Origin: a virus
Lineage: Duplodnaviria > Caudoviricetes
Reading direction: 5' to 3' (one strand)
IMG/VR virus record: IMGVR_UViG_3300037156_000027
Span: 1 to 57,960 of that record
Length of the DNA: 57,960 nucleotides
Position numbers and translations under genes: made by a program. Shown here in pieces: positions 1 through 8,493 of this stretch (position 1 is the stretch's first letter; each line of letters opens with the position of its first letter). A model generated the notes under the pieces. The model did no database searches and had not been told where the DNA came from. It was given only the letters and a program-made list of their open reading frames with translations.

Positions 1-127
1 AGCTAGGCGGTAATACTGGGGGCGGCGCGAGCTATACGGTGCAATATAGTCCCGATGATCCTTATGCATCCTACGCCACAGATTATAACACGAATGCGAA
101 CTGGTATAACCATCCAACGCTAGTGAC
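1..127. repeat. Terminal direct repeat copy 1 (circular assembly overlap)
   Basis: nt 1-127 are identical to 57834-57960. Confidence 0.97.
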
Positions 128-254
128 ATTGGCTGCTGATGGCGTTGACCAACTTGCCGTTCCTGCCCGTGCTGTGCGCTTGGTAACTAATACTGCGGGT
201 ACTGGCGGTACCGCTGCTCCTAGACTCGTTGTGATTCAAGCAGGTGTAAGATGA
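1..254 (+). CDS. 3' part of the junction-spanning protein starting at 57734
   Basis: Frame continuity across the 127-nt overlap. Confidence 0.85.
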   Translation, partial: LGGNTGGGASYTVQYSPDDPYASYATDYNTNANWYNHPTLVTLAADGVDQLAVPARAVRLVTNTAGTGGTAAPRLVVIQAGVR

Positions 255-904
255 TAAAGAAACTCGCACTTTTTGCATTACTGCTTTCTTCCGCCTATGC
301 ACAAGCGCAAAGTATTTCCCCTAATGATGTGAATGGCCCTGTACGTCAATATGGTTCCATAACTGTAGGACACTGCGCCTCGTGGACTTCAAATAATACG
401 ATTCAAGATGCGGGGGCTTGCGGCGGTGGCGGTGGCGGCTCCGGTACAGTCACCTCTGTCACCTTCACTGGTGATGGCACAGTCCTGTCGTCAACCCCAT
501 CGAGCGCCGTAACGACATCCGGCACGCTAACAGCCACACTTGCAAATCAAACAGCCAATACGGTTCTCGGTGCGCTGACGGCGACAACTCCTTCTGATTT
601 GGCATTGCCGTCATGCAGTGCAGCGACAAGCGCACTGACATGGACATCAGGAATAGGCTTCGGATGTCATACCATCGCCGGTGGAGTTACATCTGTTTCT
701 GGCGATGGGAATCTGGTGAGCAATTCATCATCGACCGGCGCCGTGGCGTTGACCCTCGCAAATGCGGCGGCTAATACTGTATGGGGTAACAACACATCAA
801 GTTCGGCAGCACCGGGCTATCAGACTATGGTTATGGCGCAGGAACCAGCTTTTACACAAGCAATGACGGCATCGGTCGCAATTCTGAACTACGGAGGTTT
901 GTAA
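251..904 (+). CDS. Gly/Thr/Ser-rich fibre-like protein with N-terminal signal peptide
   Basis: MIKKLALFALLLSSAYAQA; GGGGGSGTVTSV and GGVTSV fibre-type motifs; internal repeat TLANxxANTV. Confidence 0.7.
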   Translation: MIKKLALFALLLSSAYAQAQSISPNDVNGPVRQYGSITVGHCASWTSNNTIQDAGACGGGGGGSGTVTSVTFTGDGTVLSSTPSSAVTTSGTLTATLANQTANTVLGALTATTPSDLALPSCSAATSALTWTSGIGFGCHTIAGGVTSVSGDGNLVSNSSSTGAVALTLANAAANTVWGNNTSSSAAPGYQTMVMAQEPAFTQAMTASVAILNYGGL

Positions 905-1065
905 TGCCAACGCCAGCCTATTATACAACGCCGGATGGTTTTGTTCTGAGAACCTCGGACGGAGCAATGATTCCCGTCGATGAAACCAATCAAGATTATA
1001 TCGTTTTTGCTCACTGGGTTGCCGCTGGCAACACAGCCCCTCTCTATCCCGCACAAGGTGAATAA
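904..1065 (+). CDS. Small tail-fibre-associated protein (53 aa, not in ORF track)
   Basis: MPTPAYY...IPVDETNQDY...WVAAGN, an IPxDxxNxDY..W..GN pattern typical of fibre assembly proteins; coupled to both neighbours. Confidence 0.65.
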   Translation: MPTPAYYTTPDGFVLRTSDGAMIPVDETNQDYIVFAHWVAAGNTAPLYPAQGE

Positions 1066-1066
1066 C

Positions 1067-1552
1067 ATGAAAAAACTTCTTCTCGCTCTCGCGCTGATAT
1101 TTATGGCCACGCCAGTGTTAGCGGCAGTCACAGCCAACAATATCGTGACCGCGCAAATACCTTTGTCGGCGCATGTGCAGTTCCTTCAAGGCACAGATGC
1201 CGCTGGTACATACAAAACAATTGTTACTGGCGGGGCAAATACAAGCAAGATTTCCGGCTTGTGGGTTAATGTGAATGATGGCACGGCAACGCACCTTGTA
1301 ACGTGCGAGGTTGTGGCGTCGGCAGTATTCTACGGCGGCGCGGCTGCGACGACTGCCCTTAGCTCTGGTTATGCCAATGCGGTTGGTGCTGTTAACATGC
1401 TGTCGGCAACAGTATGGCCAGGACTTCCTATAGACGGAAACGGCAATCCATATATTTATCTAAATAGCGGGGACACCCTTCAATGCACCTTCGCTACGGC
1501 TCTAACCGCTGCAAAATGGATTAACGTAAATGCAATGTATGCGAACTTTTAA
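1067..1552 (+). CDS. Beta-rich hypothetical protein with signal peptide
   Basis: MKKLLLALALIFMATPVLA; start at 1067 follows the 904..1065 stop. Confidence 0.75.
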   Translation: MKKLLLALALIFMATPVLAAVTANNIVTAQIPLSAHVQFLQGTDAAGTYKTIVTGGANTSKISGLWVNVNDGTATHLVTCEVVASAVFYGGAAATTALSSGYANAVGAVNMLSATVWPGLPIDGNGNPYIYLNSGDTLQCTFATALTAAKWINVNAMYANF

Positions 1553-1553
1553 A

Positions 1554-2576
1554 ATGAAAAAACTTCTCACCATAGCATTCATGCTGCTCTGCCTTCCGGC
1601 TATGGCGCAGGATGTTGAGCCTGATCAGACAGGGCATCCTATTGTTAGGGGAGTGCAGTTTACTAAGAGTGGGGCGACTTCGACTATTCAGGCAATTGGG
1701 GCCAATCAAACAATAAATCTTACCCCCACAGGGACTGGCTCATTAACCCTTCCTGCAACCGCCACTATAAATTTCAACGGCAATAACTCCATTACTTCTC
1801 CATCAAATGGCACTATGCACTTTGGTGCTGCCAGTAGTGGCATTGGCATAGCATTTAATACTATTACACTAGGCGGTCCGCCGGGAACTAGCATTATCAG
1901 CGAAGTCCTTGGCATTCAGAATGCGGCATTCGGGGCCAATATAGCTGGTGCTAATTTTACTATCCAAGGAAGTCAAAGCACCGGCACAGGTTTAGGTGGC
2001 CCCATTATATTTCAGACGACACCAGCCGCTGGTGGCTCAAGTTCTACGGGCAACACCTTTGTTGCAGCGATGAAAATAATGGGGAGTGGTCTTATTGGGA
2101 TGGGAACGACTACGCCGCAATCCGAACTCGACGTGTACGGCAACGTCGCAATAGGCACAAGCTATGCTGGCGTTACGGCGGCTCCGACGAATGGGTTGAG
2201 TGTGCAGGGGGGTGTTGGGATTGGAACAACGGCAAACGCAGCCAACACCAGCTTAGATGTGCGTGGCGCAATAGCAACAAACGGCCTAATCGGAAACGGC
2301 ACAAAATTTACCATAACTGGTTGTAGTGCTGATACGACAGTGGGCGCAGCAACAGTTGGGAAATTCACGTCACGAACAACAGGAACCTGCACCGTTGTCA
2401 TCACTATGAACGGCGCGACGGGATTAACCGCACCAACTGGGTGGGATTGTCACGCCAATGATCTCACCACGCCAGCAAACCTTATCGACATGAGCGCAAG
2501 CACAACGACGACAGCCACCATCACCGGAACAACGGTTACGGGTGATGTGGTGAGCTTTAGTTGTACGGGGTACTGA
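1554..2576 (+). CDS. Fibre/spike-like protein with signal peptide
   Basis: MKKLLTIAFMLLCLPAMA; repeated GxxGIGTTxP..LDV beta-fibre motifs. Confidence 0.75.
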   Translation: MKKLLTIAFMLLCLPAMAQDVEPDQTGHPIVRGVQFTKSGATSTIQAIGANQTINLTPTGTGSLTLPATATINFNGNNSITSPSNGTMHFGAASSGIGIAFNTITLGGPPGTSIISEVLGIQNAAFGANIAGANFTIQGSQSTGTGLGGPIIFQTTPAAGGSSSTGNTFVAAMKIMGSGLIGMGTTTPQSELDVYGNVAIGTSYAGVTAAPTNGLSVQGGVGIGTTANAANTSLDVRGAIATNGLIGNGTKFTITGCSADTTVGAATVGKFTSRTTGTCTVVITMNGATGLTAPTGWDCHANDLTTPANLIDMSASTTTTATITGTTVTGDVVSFSCTGY

Positions 2577-2647
2577 GAGAGAGATTTACTTGATAGGCAC
2601 AAGATGGTATGCTTCCCACACTACAACCCCTTGCAAGGACAAAACAA

Positions 2648-3055
2648 ATGACAACATCTTTCAAGCAATTTGAGAACTGGGTTTCAGAAGAGATCACGGA
2701 AATCGAAGCAAAGTTCACTTCTGAAGAAGCGGCGGTTATGAAATTTCTGGCTCCTCTGGGCGCACAGATATTGGCTGCCGCTAAGGCACTAGGTAAGGAA
2801 TCCATAAAGGAAGGCATCGAAGTCCTCAAGTCCTCTGCAACACTCGCTGTAGCGGCGGGCGCTGCTGCTGAGGCAAGCGGGGGTGATGCCATCAAGGCCG
2901 CTGAAGAGGCGTTCCTTGGCTCGGCTGGGGCTGGTGGCGCAACGGTTATTCATAATGCCGAAGCGGGCGCTATCAAGGCGGCGGTTGCCATTGCTCAAGC
3001 GGCTATTGTTGAGGCTGCTCAAGCGGAACCCGCTGTAGATACCGTGGTGTCGTAA
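2648..3055 (+). CDS. Ala-rich hypothetical protein in lysis region
   Basis: AAGGA RBS then ATG 2648; position before holin-like genes. Confidence 0.65.
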   Translation: MTTSFKQFENWVSEEITEIEAKFTSEEAAVMKFLAPLGAQILAAAKALGKESIKEGIEVLKSSATLAVAAGAAAEASGGDAIKAAEEAFLGSAGAGGATVIHNAEAGAIKAAVAIAQAAIVEAAQAEPAVDTVVS

Positions 3056-3131
3056 ATGAACCTGCCGCCATTTCGCTTTATGATCCGTGTGAATCTATTA
3101 GCGTTATGGCGGCGTTTCTTTGGAGGTAGTG

Positions 3132-3449
3132 ATGGCTAATGCAATGTTACCAGCAAACCTAAAGGGGACGTTAGCCGGTGTCGCCGCTACGTTCGCGGTA
3201 GGGTTTTTATCCAACGCGGGGTATCTTTCCATAGCAGCAACGGCATTAGGCATCCCAGAGGCTACAATAGGCGTTGTTGCTATGGCGGTTATTGGCGGGG
3301 CGGTTAATTTTGGCGTCACGCATATCGCCCTTATCAAATCCATCAATGATTTATATGGCGCACTTCCTACTATGTATGCCGAATATCCCGGAGACCCCCT
3401 TCCCATCGTTAATACGAATCTTACTAGCGGCAACCCCTCCCCAGAATAA
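3132..3449 (+). CDS. Holin-like membrane protein
   Basis: GGAGG RBS; two hydrophobic segments; near endolysin. Confidence 0.55.
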   Translation: MANAMLPANLKGTLAGVAATFAVGFLSNAGYLSIAATALGIPEATIGVVAMAVIGGAVNFGVTHIALIKSINDLYGALPTMYAEYPGDPLPIVNTNLTSGNPSPE

Positions 3450-3458
3450 GAGGCCGAT

Positions 3459-3710
3459 ATGTCCGAACTGAACGATGTTTCCGTAGCAATCGGCGGTCTC
3501 CAATCGGACGTTAAAAACGTCAATAACAACGTCGAACATCTCATAGTCTATATCAAAGAAAACATCGCTGCCACGCAGAAAAAGCTGGAAGAGCATGACG
3601 CGCAGATTTCAGAATTACAAACCTTCCGCAATAAGGTTTATGGCATCGCAGCGGCTATAGGTGTCGTGACGAGCGCGGTCGGACAGTATTTGTGGAGAAA
3701 GACGACATGA
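3459..3710 (+). CDS. Coiled-coil protein with C-terminal TM helix (lysis-associated)
   Basis: Heptad pattern then GIAAAIGVVTSAVGQYLW and basic tail. Confidence 0.6.
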   Translation: MSELNDVSVAIGGLQSDVKNVNNNVEHLIVYIKENIAATQKKLEEHDAQISELQTFRNKVYGIAAAIGVVTSAVGQYLWRKTT

Positions 3711-3871
3711 TCCTCGCCGCGATACTCTTCCTCCTCTGGCTTGTCATCGGCGCGATGGTCCGCACTATAATCGGCATTCTCATACCGAACTGGGTTTCAT
3801 ACAACGGCACGATGCTTGTGTTCGAGATAGTTGCTTGGCCTTGGACGGTGTGTGTGGCGGTAAGATTATGA
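3707..3871 (+). CDS. Small membrane protein (54 aa, not in ORF track)
   Basis: MILAAILFLLWLVIGAM...; ATGA overlaps at both ends. Confidence 0.55.
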   Translation: MILAAILFLLWLVIGAMVRTIIGILIPNWVSYNGTMLVFEIVAWPWTVCVAVRL

Positions 3872-4284
3872 CCGCCGACCTGACTCTCCTGCATCCAGCC
3901 ATTGCCCCTCTCTGCGCCAGATTAATGACCGATCTGGAAGCCTGCGGATACCGACAGACAGGCAGCAGGGGATTTGCAAAGGTCACGACAACCTACAGAA
4001 CCCCGGCAACAGAAAACGCGCTACCCTCATCCGTGACGGCTGTAACAGGCAGCACCAGCAAACACTGTTTCACGATAGACAATAAACCAGCATCCAAGGC
4101 GTTCGACATAACCTTCTTTAATGCCGATGGCTCTATGGTCAATGATGGCTCAGATCATCGTTACGCGGACGCTGGGGCGTTCTGGTCGAGGTATGCGGCA
4201 GAATCAGAAAATAGATCACTCGGACTCACGTGGGGTGGACTATGGCACAAGCCGTACGACCCCGGTCATTTTCAGATAATGTAA
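3868..4284 (+). CDS. Endolysin, peptidase M15-like (L-Ala-D-Glu type)
   Basis: SKH...KAFDI and WGGLW..YDPGHFQ zinc-peptidase motifs. Confidence 0.85.
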   Translation: MTADLTLLHPAIAPLCARLMTDLEACGYRQTGSRGFAKVTTTYRTPATENALPSSVTAVTGSTSKHCFTIDNKPASKAFDITFFNADGSMVNDGSDHRYADAGAFWSRYAAESENRSLGLTWGGLWHKPYDPGHFQIM

Positions 4285-4369
4285 GGCACGCCTTTGGGCC
4301 GTATCATTAACGGTTTCACTTCGACTTCTCCTTCTGTGCATTTTCTGGGGTTAGTGGTCAAAGCCGAGA

Positions 4370-4393
4370 GGCGGCGAGATTTCTCCCGCCGCC
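4370..4393. terminator. Possible terminator hairpin between convergent late and early units
   Basis: GGCGGCG-10nt-CGCCGCC inverted repeat; poor U-tract. Confidence 0.35.
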
Positions 4394-4412
4394 CTTCCCG
4401 ACCAAAGGAAGC

Positions 4413-4832
4413 TCAGTCAGCTACGCGAACCCAACCTTGAACAGTTTGTTCTTCGCGCAGACCTCGAATGTATTCGCCAGCAGGAAGAATGAAGCCACCA
4501 TGAGTGTCAAACTCCCGCAGATGAATGATCTGGCATGGTTCACTTAGCTTAAGTTCGACAAAGCTATCGTTAGCCGCATCGATCAAAGCGGTGGCGGCTT
4601 TTGAGATATGCACATTCGGACGGACAGCCTCAAGAACATGGTGATGCCCAGACTCGCTGTGACCGAGAATAAGCTGTCCTTTTTCCAGTTTCATATCCTG
4701 CATGTTCTTAAGCTTGGCGACCCCTTCAAGAACGGCCTTGGGCGCGAATTTCTTCATCCAGATAAGCACCTCTCCTTGTGCGACGGGTTTGCCGCTTGAG
4801 AACATCGCTTCAGTTAATTGTATGGTCGTCAT
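4413..4832 (-). CDS. Partner protein of the DUF6745-like protein (His-motif beta protein)
   Basis: QGEVLI...ILGHSESGHHHVL...HLREFDTH..ILPAGEY..REEQ pattern of proteins encoded next to DUF6745 genes. Confidence 0.7.
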   Translation of the reverse strand: MTTIQLTEAMFSSGKPVAQGEVLIWMKKFAPKAVLEGVAKLKNMQDMKLEKGQLILGHSESGHHHVLEAVRPNVHISKAATALIDAANDSFVELKLSEPCQIIHLREFDTHGGFILPAGEYIRGLREEQTVQGWVRVAD

Positions 4833-4854
4833 AGTTTCTCTCCTTGGTCAGTTG

Positions 4855-6186
4855 TTACGATCTTGCAAAAGGTATGTAATCTTCTGGGTTCCCTTTGCCT
4901 CTGAACCCATTTCCTCCGGCATTCGCCTTCAACGCCGTATTAAAGCTTTTATCATTAACACTTTCGGCAAAAAAACGCCCAGTTCCGCATTGATATTTAA
5001 GAAACCATTGTTCTGGCGCATCAGGCAAATCAACCTGAATAAGGGTGCCAATATGAGGTTGGTCTTTATCGATAATCTTAGGGTGTAGGCTTGGATGTTC
5101 AAGAACATTCGCCCAGCCCAAGAGTTCGCAAGCGGCGCGACGTTGCTCAACATTTTCCCATTTTAAAGCAATTTCTGGCGTTAACGCCTTCCGGTTTTCA
5201 ATCCACCATGCTGGTATTCTAACTCCGTGGAACGAATATAGCGCCGATCCATCGCGCCATTTGCAGAATGGGCCTGTTTCGCAATGGGGACGGTTCTGAT
5301 CGTCTTTTAGCAAAAGCATAGGTCGGTCACTAATCATGCAGAATTTCTCGTGCATGATTCGTGGGCCGCTGTGTTCAGATAGTTTCTCGAAAGCATCAAA
5401 CTTTGAATAGTCCAAAGGAAGTTTTGCAACATACCGGAAGAATGTGAGAAACGCAGACCATCCAGACCACTGATTTCCGCCTTGATACATTTTCCAGTAG
5501 CATTTAACGGCACATTCTAGCCCGAACTTTCCTACACCCAAAGTTTTGGAAAGGTTGACCATGCTAGAAATATCAAGGTTAAACCAATTTTTATTTGCCG
5601 TGGCAGCATCCGTGGCAGCATACATGGCAGCACGCGTGGCATCACGCGTGGCAGCATCCGTGGCAGCACGCGTGGCAGCATGCGTGGCATCATCCGTGGC
5701 AGCATACATGGCATCACGCGTGGCAGCATACGTGGCAGCACGCGTGGCAGCACGCGTGGCAGCACGCGTGGCATCATCCGTGGCAGCACGCGTGGCAGCA
5801 TCCGTGGCAGCATCCGTGGCAGCACGCGTGGCATCATCCGTGGCAGCATCCGTGGCATCATCCGTGGCATCATCCGTGGCAGCACGCGTGGCAGCATCCG
5901 TGGCAGCACGCGTGGCATCACTTTTGCCATTTTTCCTAAAATACCATATGGCACTCGCGAAACCAGATGCAAACCGCAGAACAAACGGCGATGGCACAAA
6001 CATAATCCGGTGGTCCGGGGGTGGCTCCAAATTTGCAGAGCGATACATGGATTTTACGGCATCACGACAAATAGCTTTTTCTTCATCATCCATTGGCTTG
6101 GTGGACATGGCATTGTCAATCCATTTATCGCGCCACGATGGGAATTGCGCTTTGTGTTCTTCGGTGAGGGTGTATTTCTTAGCCAT
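4855..6186 (-). CDS. DUF6745-like protein with central tetrapeptide repeat array
   Basis: C-terminal RPHCETGP..WRDG..LY.FHGVRIP and NVEQRR motifs; central ATxA/ATxD repeats. Confidence 0.8.
   Translation of the reverse strand: MAKKYTLTEEHKAQFPSWRDKWIDNAMSTKPMDDEEKAICRDAVKSMYRSANLEPPPDHRIMFVPSPFVLRFASGFASAIWYFRKNGKSDATRAATDAATRAATDDATDDATDAATDDATRAATDAATDAATRAATDDATRAATRAATRAATYAATRDAMYAATDDATHAATRAATDAATRDATRAAMYAATDAATANKNWFNLDISSMVNLSKTLGVGKFGLECAVKCYWKMYQGGNQWSGWSAFLTFFRYVAKLPLDYSKFDAFEKLSEHSGPRIMHEKFCMISDRPMLLLKDDQNRPHCETGPFCKWRDGSALYSFHGVRIPAWWIENRKALTPEIALKWENVEQRRAACELLGWANVLEHPSLHPKIIDKDQPHIGTLIQVDLPDAPEQWFLKYQCGTGRFFAESVNDKSFNTALKANAGGNGFRGKGNPEDYIPFARS
5599..5919 (-). repeat. 12-bp coding tandem repeat, 26 full units
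   Basis: Unit GCC-A[CT]G-(CGT/GAT/TAT/CAT)-G[CA]T. Confidence 0.97.
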
Positions 6187-6210
6187 GGGTGTGTTCCTTT
6201 TTGGTCGGGG

Positions 6211-6489
6211 TTAGAGTGAATCAATAAATTGGGTCAGTTCTTCCTTCATCTTCTCAAGGTGTACGACACATCCAAGCTTTGCCTCATCTAGGCTTAGGTA
6301 ATGTTTCCATCTATCGAAATCATGCCCCTGATTGCCGTGCCAAAAGCATGTGCGGAATGTACCGTCCTCTAGGCGTATCGAATATCTTGATGGGGCATAG
6401 TTTGATCTGAGCCACGATAGTTTTAAAGACCATTCCCCATTTCTGGTCAGCGGATCGTTTTTATCAGTCGTCTCTTTCCACATGGTCAT
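6211..6489 (-). CDS. Hypothetical protein
   Basis: 92-aa ORF co-oriented in cluster. Confidence 0.65.
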   Translation of the reverse strand: MTMWKETTDKNDPLTRNGEWSLKLSWLRSNYAPSRYSIRLEDGTFRTCFWHGNQGHDFDRWKHYLSLDEAKLGCVVHLEKMKEELTQFIDSL

Positions 6490-6511
6490 ATTTTGGGGTT
6501 AGGGGTTACAT

Positions 6512-6528
6512 CCCCCGCTTCGCGGGGG
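6512..6528 (-). other. GC hairpin with GAA triloop
   Basis: CCCCCGC-GAA-GCGGGGG on minus strand; no U-tract following in either direction. Confidence 0.7.
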
Positions 6529-6550
6529 CAGGAAGAAAATGATTGAATGA

Positions 6551-7027
6551 TTAAATGACTAACTCCACCCGGCTTCTGAAACTGGCGAAAAGTTCTTCGG
6601 CCTTGATGGTGTATGCCTTCGCTGCATCGTCTTCCGATGGAAAGAAGCCAAGACTATATTTCTTTCCATCTTTATAGATTTGTGCCTTCCATTTATTGCT
6701 CTGCTTGTCCCAGAATACGCCTTTATATTTGCTGGTTGAATTAATTTGAGACTTTTTATTCATTTGATTCTGGGCTGTCGTGACAGATCTTAAATTCAAC
6801 CGTCTATTATTAAGCGTATCTCTGTCTATATGGTCTGTTTCTATGCCATCCGGTGTCTTATTGATAAGGCGGTGCATGTAGGTGGGCGCATCTCTTTTTT
6901 TAGCGCCATTTCTTTTTCCGCTACTGAGCGCATAGCCTTTATGAAAATACCATTTGCGTTTTTGTATTAACTCAAAATCTGCGTCATCGATGACGGCGAA
7001 TTTGCTCTGTGTTAATTCTATACGCAT
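6551..7027 (-). CDS. HNH-AP2 homing endonuclease
   Basis: MHRLI...TDHIDRDTLNNRRLNLR (HNH) and SKYKGV.W..KWKAQI...LG.F..EDDAAKAY (AP2). Confidence 0.92.
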   Translation of the reverse strand: MRIELTQSKFAVIDDADFELIQKRKWYFHKGYALSSGKRNGAKKRDAPTYMHRLINKTPDGIETDHIDRDTLNNRRLNLRSVTTAQNQMNKKSQINSTSKYKGVFWDKQSNKWKAQIYKDGKKYSLGFFPSEDDAAKAYTIKAEELFASFRSRVELVI

Positions 7028-7464
7028 AGTTCTACCCTAACAACGCGGCTAGACAGGCGACAGTTGCCCTTAAGGTTCCACTCGTCGTCACCGTCCGCGA
7101 AGTCAACGTTGTACACGACGTCCGAGTTGTCGCGACGCTCCGTGCAAGACCAGTACCAGTGGGCGAGGACGGAGCCGCTAGCGGTTCTGTATGAGGCGTC
7201 CTTATTATCGTACATCTTCAGCAACAGATCCTTCGGCGGAATAAACCAGCCTCCGTTGTATGTGCCATTCTCGAACGCTGCCATAAGTTCTGCTTCGTTC
7301 TTGAAATCGCATCCGTCAAAGCCATGCCAGTTTTTCAATGACGCGACTTTCTTGACGGCGTCATTATAGGTCAACAGTTCGCCCAAATCTTCCGGTGCAG
7401 GAATAGCCTCAAGAAGTTTGACTTCTGGTTGACGAGATTCTTTGAGTTTGAATGCGTAGGTCAT
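7018..7464 (-). CDS. DUF1566/Lcl-like (C-type lectin fold) protein
   Basis: GGWFIPPKDLL, YWSCTE, YNVDFADG, C-terminal SRVVR. Confidence 0.7.
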   Translation of the reverse strand: MTYAFKLKESRQPEVKLLEAIPAPEDLGELLTYNDAVKKVASLKNWHGFDGCDFKNEAELMAAFENGTYNGGWFIPPKDLLLKMYDNKDASYRTASGSVLAHWYWSCTERRDNSDVVYNVDFADGDDEWNLKGNCRLSSRVVRVELCV

Positions 7465-7511
7465 TGGTACTCACATTTTGGGGTTAGGGATTTTTCGGCA
7501 AAACAAAACAC

Positions 7512-7561
7512 TTGATCTGCCATTACCGATACTGTATATCTATTAGCGAATTAGCTGTCAA
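7512..7561. promoter_or_regulatory. Overlapping divergent sigma70-type promoters
   Basis: Plus TTGATC-17-TATATC (7512-7540); minus TTGACA-17-TATACA (7561-7533); between divergent genes. Confidence 0.65.
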
Positions 7562-7570
7562 GGAAAGAAA

Positions 7571-8071
7571 ATGAACGCAGACAAAATAATTTCTATCTTG
7601 AAAAAAGAATGTGAAAAATCAGGCAGCCAAAAGGCGTGGGCAAAGGACAATGGTTTGTCGCAAGCCTATGTATGTGATGTTCTGCAAGGCAAACGCGGAA
7701 TAGGGGAATCAATCGCTAAAGCTCTTGGATACGAGCAGATCGTAAGTTATCGCCGATTTGGTGGTAGAAAAACTTATGGCGAAGGGAATACGGATATGAC
7801 GCCACATCGCGTCCAGCGTAAGCGTGTGAAGGGCTGGAAGATGCCTCCCAATACGGTCTATGTCGGGCGTCCTACGGCATATGGCAACCCTTTTTCTGTC
7901 GGGCGTGTGGGTGGTGCGGCAAAGGCTGTGGCTGACTACCGCGAATGGATAAAAACGAATTACGATCAGTCACAGATCGAGCAACTGCGCGGTAGAAATC
8001 TTGCTTGCTGGTGTGCGCTCGATCAACCCTGTCATGCCGATGTTTTATTGGAGGTAGCCAATGCCGAATGA
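7571..8071 (+). CDS. Cro/XRE-type HTH fused to DUF4326-like domain
   Basis: SQKAWAKDNGLSQAYVCDVLQGKR (HTH); YVGRPT.YGNPF...LRGRNLACWC...CHADVL (DUF4326); internal ATG at 7797. Confidence 0.8.
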   Translation: MNADKIISILKKECEKSGSQKAWAKDNGLSQAYVCDVLQGKRGIGESIAKALGYEQIVSYRRFGGRKTYGEGNTDMTPHRVQRKRVKGWKMPPNTVYVGRPTAYGNPFSVGRVGGAAKAVADYREWIKTNYDQSQIEQLRGRNLACWCALDQPCHADVLLEVANAE

Positions 8072-8276
8072 ATCACCAACGACTCTATTCGACATCATCA
8101 AGCGCGGCATTCTCGATCAAGATGTGCAGACTGTTGCGGATGCACTTACGGCAGTAAAGTATCTTCAGGATGCTTTCCAGAGAATAGATGCCATCTGCTC
8201 TCTTAATTCTGAGGACTACCGAGAAGGTTTCTCAGACATTGGAAATCTTGCAGGAGGCATTCTCAATGGAATATAA
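8061..8276 (+). CDS. Motif-led hypothetical protein (MPNESPTT)
   Basis: GGAGG RBS; motif CACCAACGAC. Confidence 0.75.
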   Translation: MPNESPTTLFDIIKRGILDQDVQTVADALTAVKYLQDAFQRIDAICSLNSEDYREGFSDIGNLAGGILNGI

Positions 8277-8493
8277 AATAACAATTATTCTGGCCGCGCT
8301 ATTGCTCTTATCAGGCTGCAAAGTCTGTGACCACGAGACCAATCAAGACAAGCGACATGCTTATTTTGAGGAGTGCATTAAAATTTCCGGCGCACAACCG
8401 GAACACAATCATGAAGATAATAACGGCGATCTCGTGAAGGCTTGCGATGATGCCGCCTATTATCAAGCACAGGAGAAAGTCTGCCATGAGTGA
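8266..8493 (+). CDS. Putative lipoprotein (no motif)
   Basis: GGAGG RBS; MEYKITIILAALLLLSGC lipobox. Confidence 0.7.
   Translation: MEYKITIILAALLLLSGCKVCDHETNQDKRHAYFEECIKISGAQPEHNHEDNNGDLVKACDDAAYYQAQEKVCHE

Noticed and set aside
1-127. Biological terminal repeat
   Set aside because: 127 nt matches a common assembler k-mer and the repeat falls mid-gene, so it is best read as circular assembly overlap.
5599-5919. CRISPR array
   Set aside because: Contiguous 12-bp units, no spacers, in frame inside a CDS, and no cas genes.
5532-6219. Alternative-frame ORFs (PRML, VAAR, HPWQ, RGST repeats)
   Set aside because: By-products of a stop-free repeat; only 4855..6186 has an RBS and recognisable flanking domains.
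6466-6489. MTMWKETT as a motif copy
   Set aside because: DNA is GAG ACG ACT, lacking both the AAC and the upstream C.
6490-6508. Telomere-like or G-quadruplex sequence
   Set aside because: Only two adjacent G-runs.
7018-7464. Complete diversity-generating retroelement
   Set aside because: No reverse transcriptase, Avd or template repeat seen.
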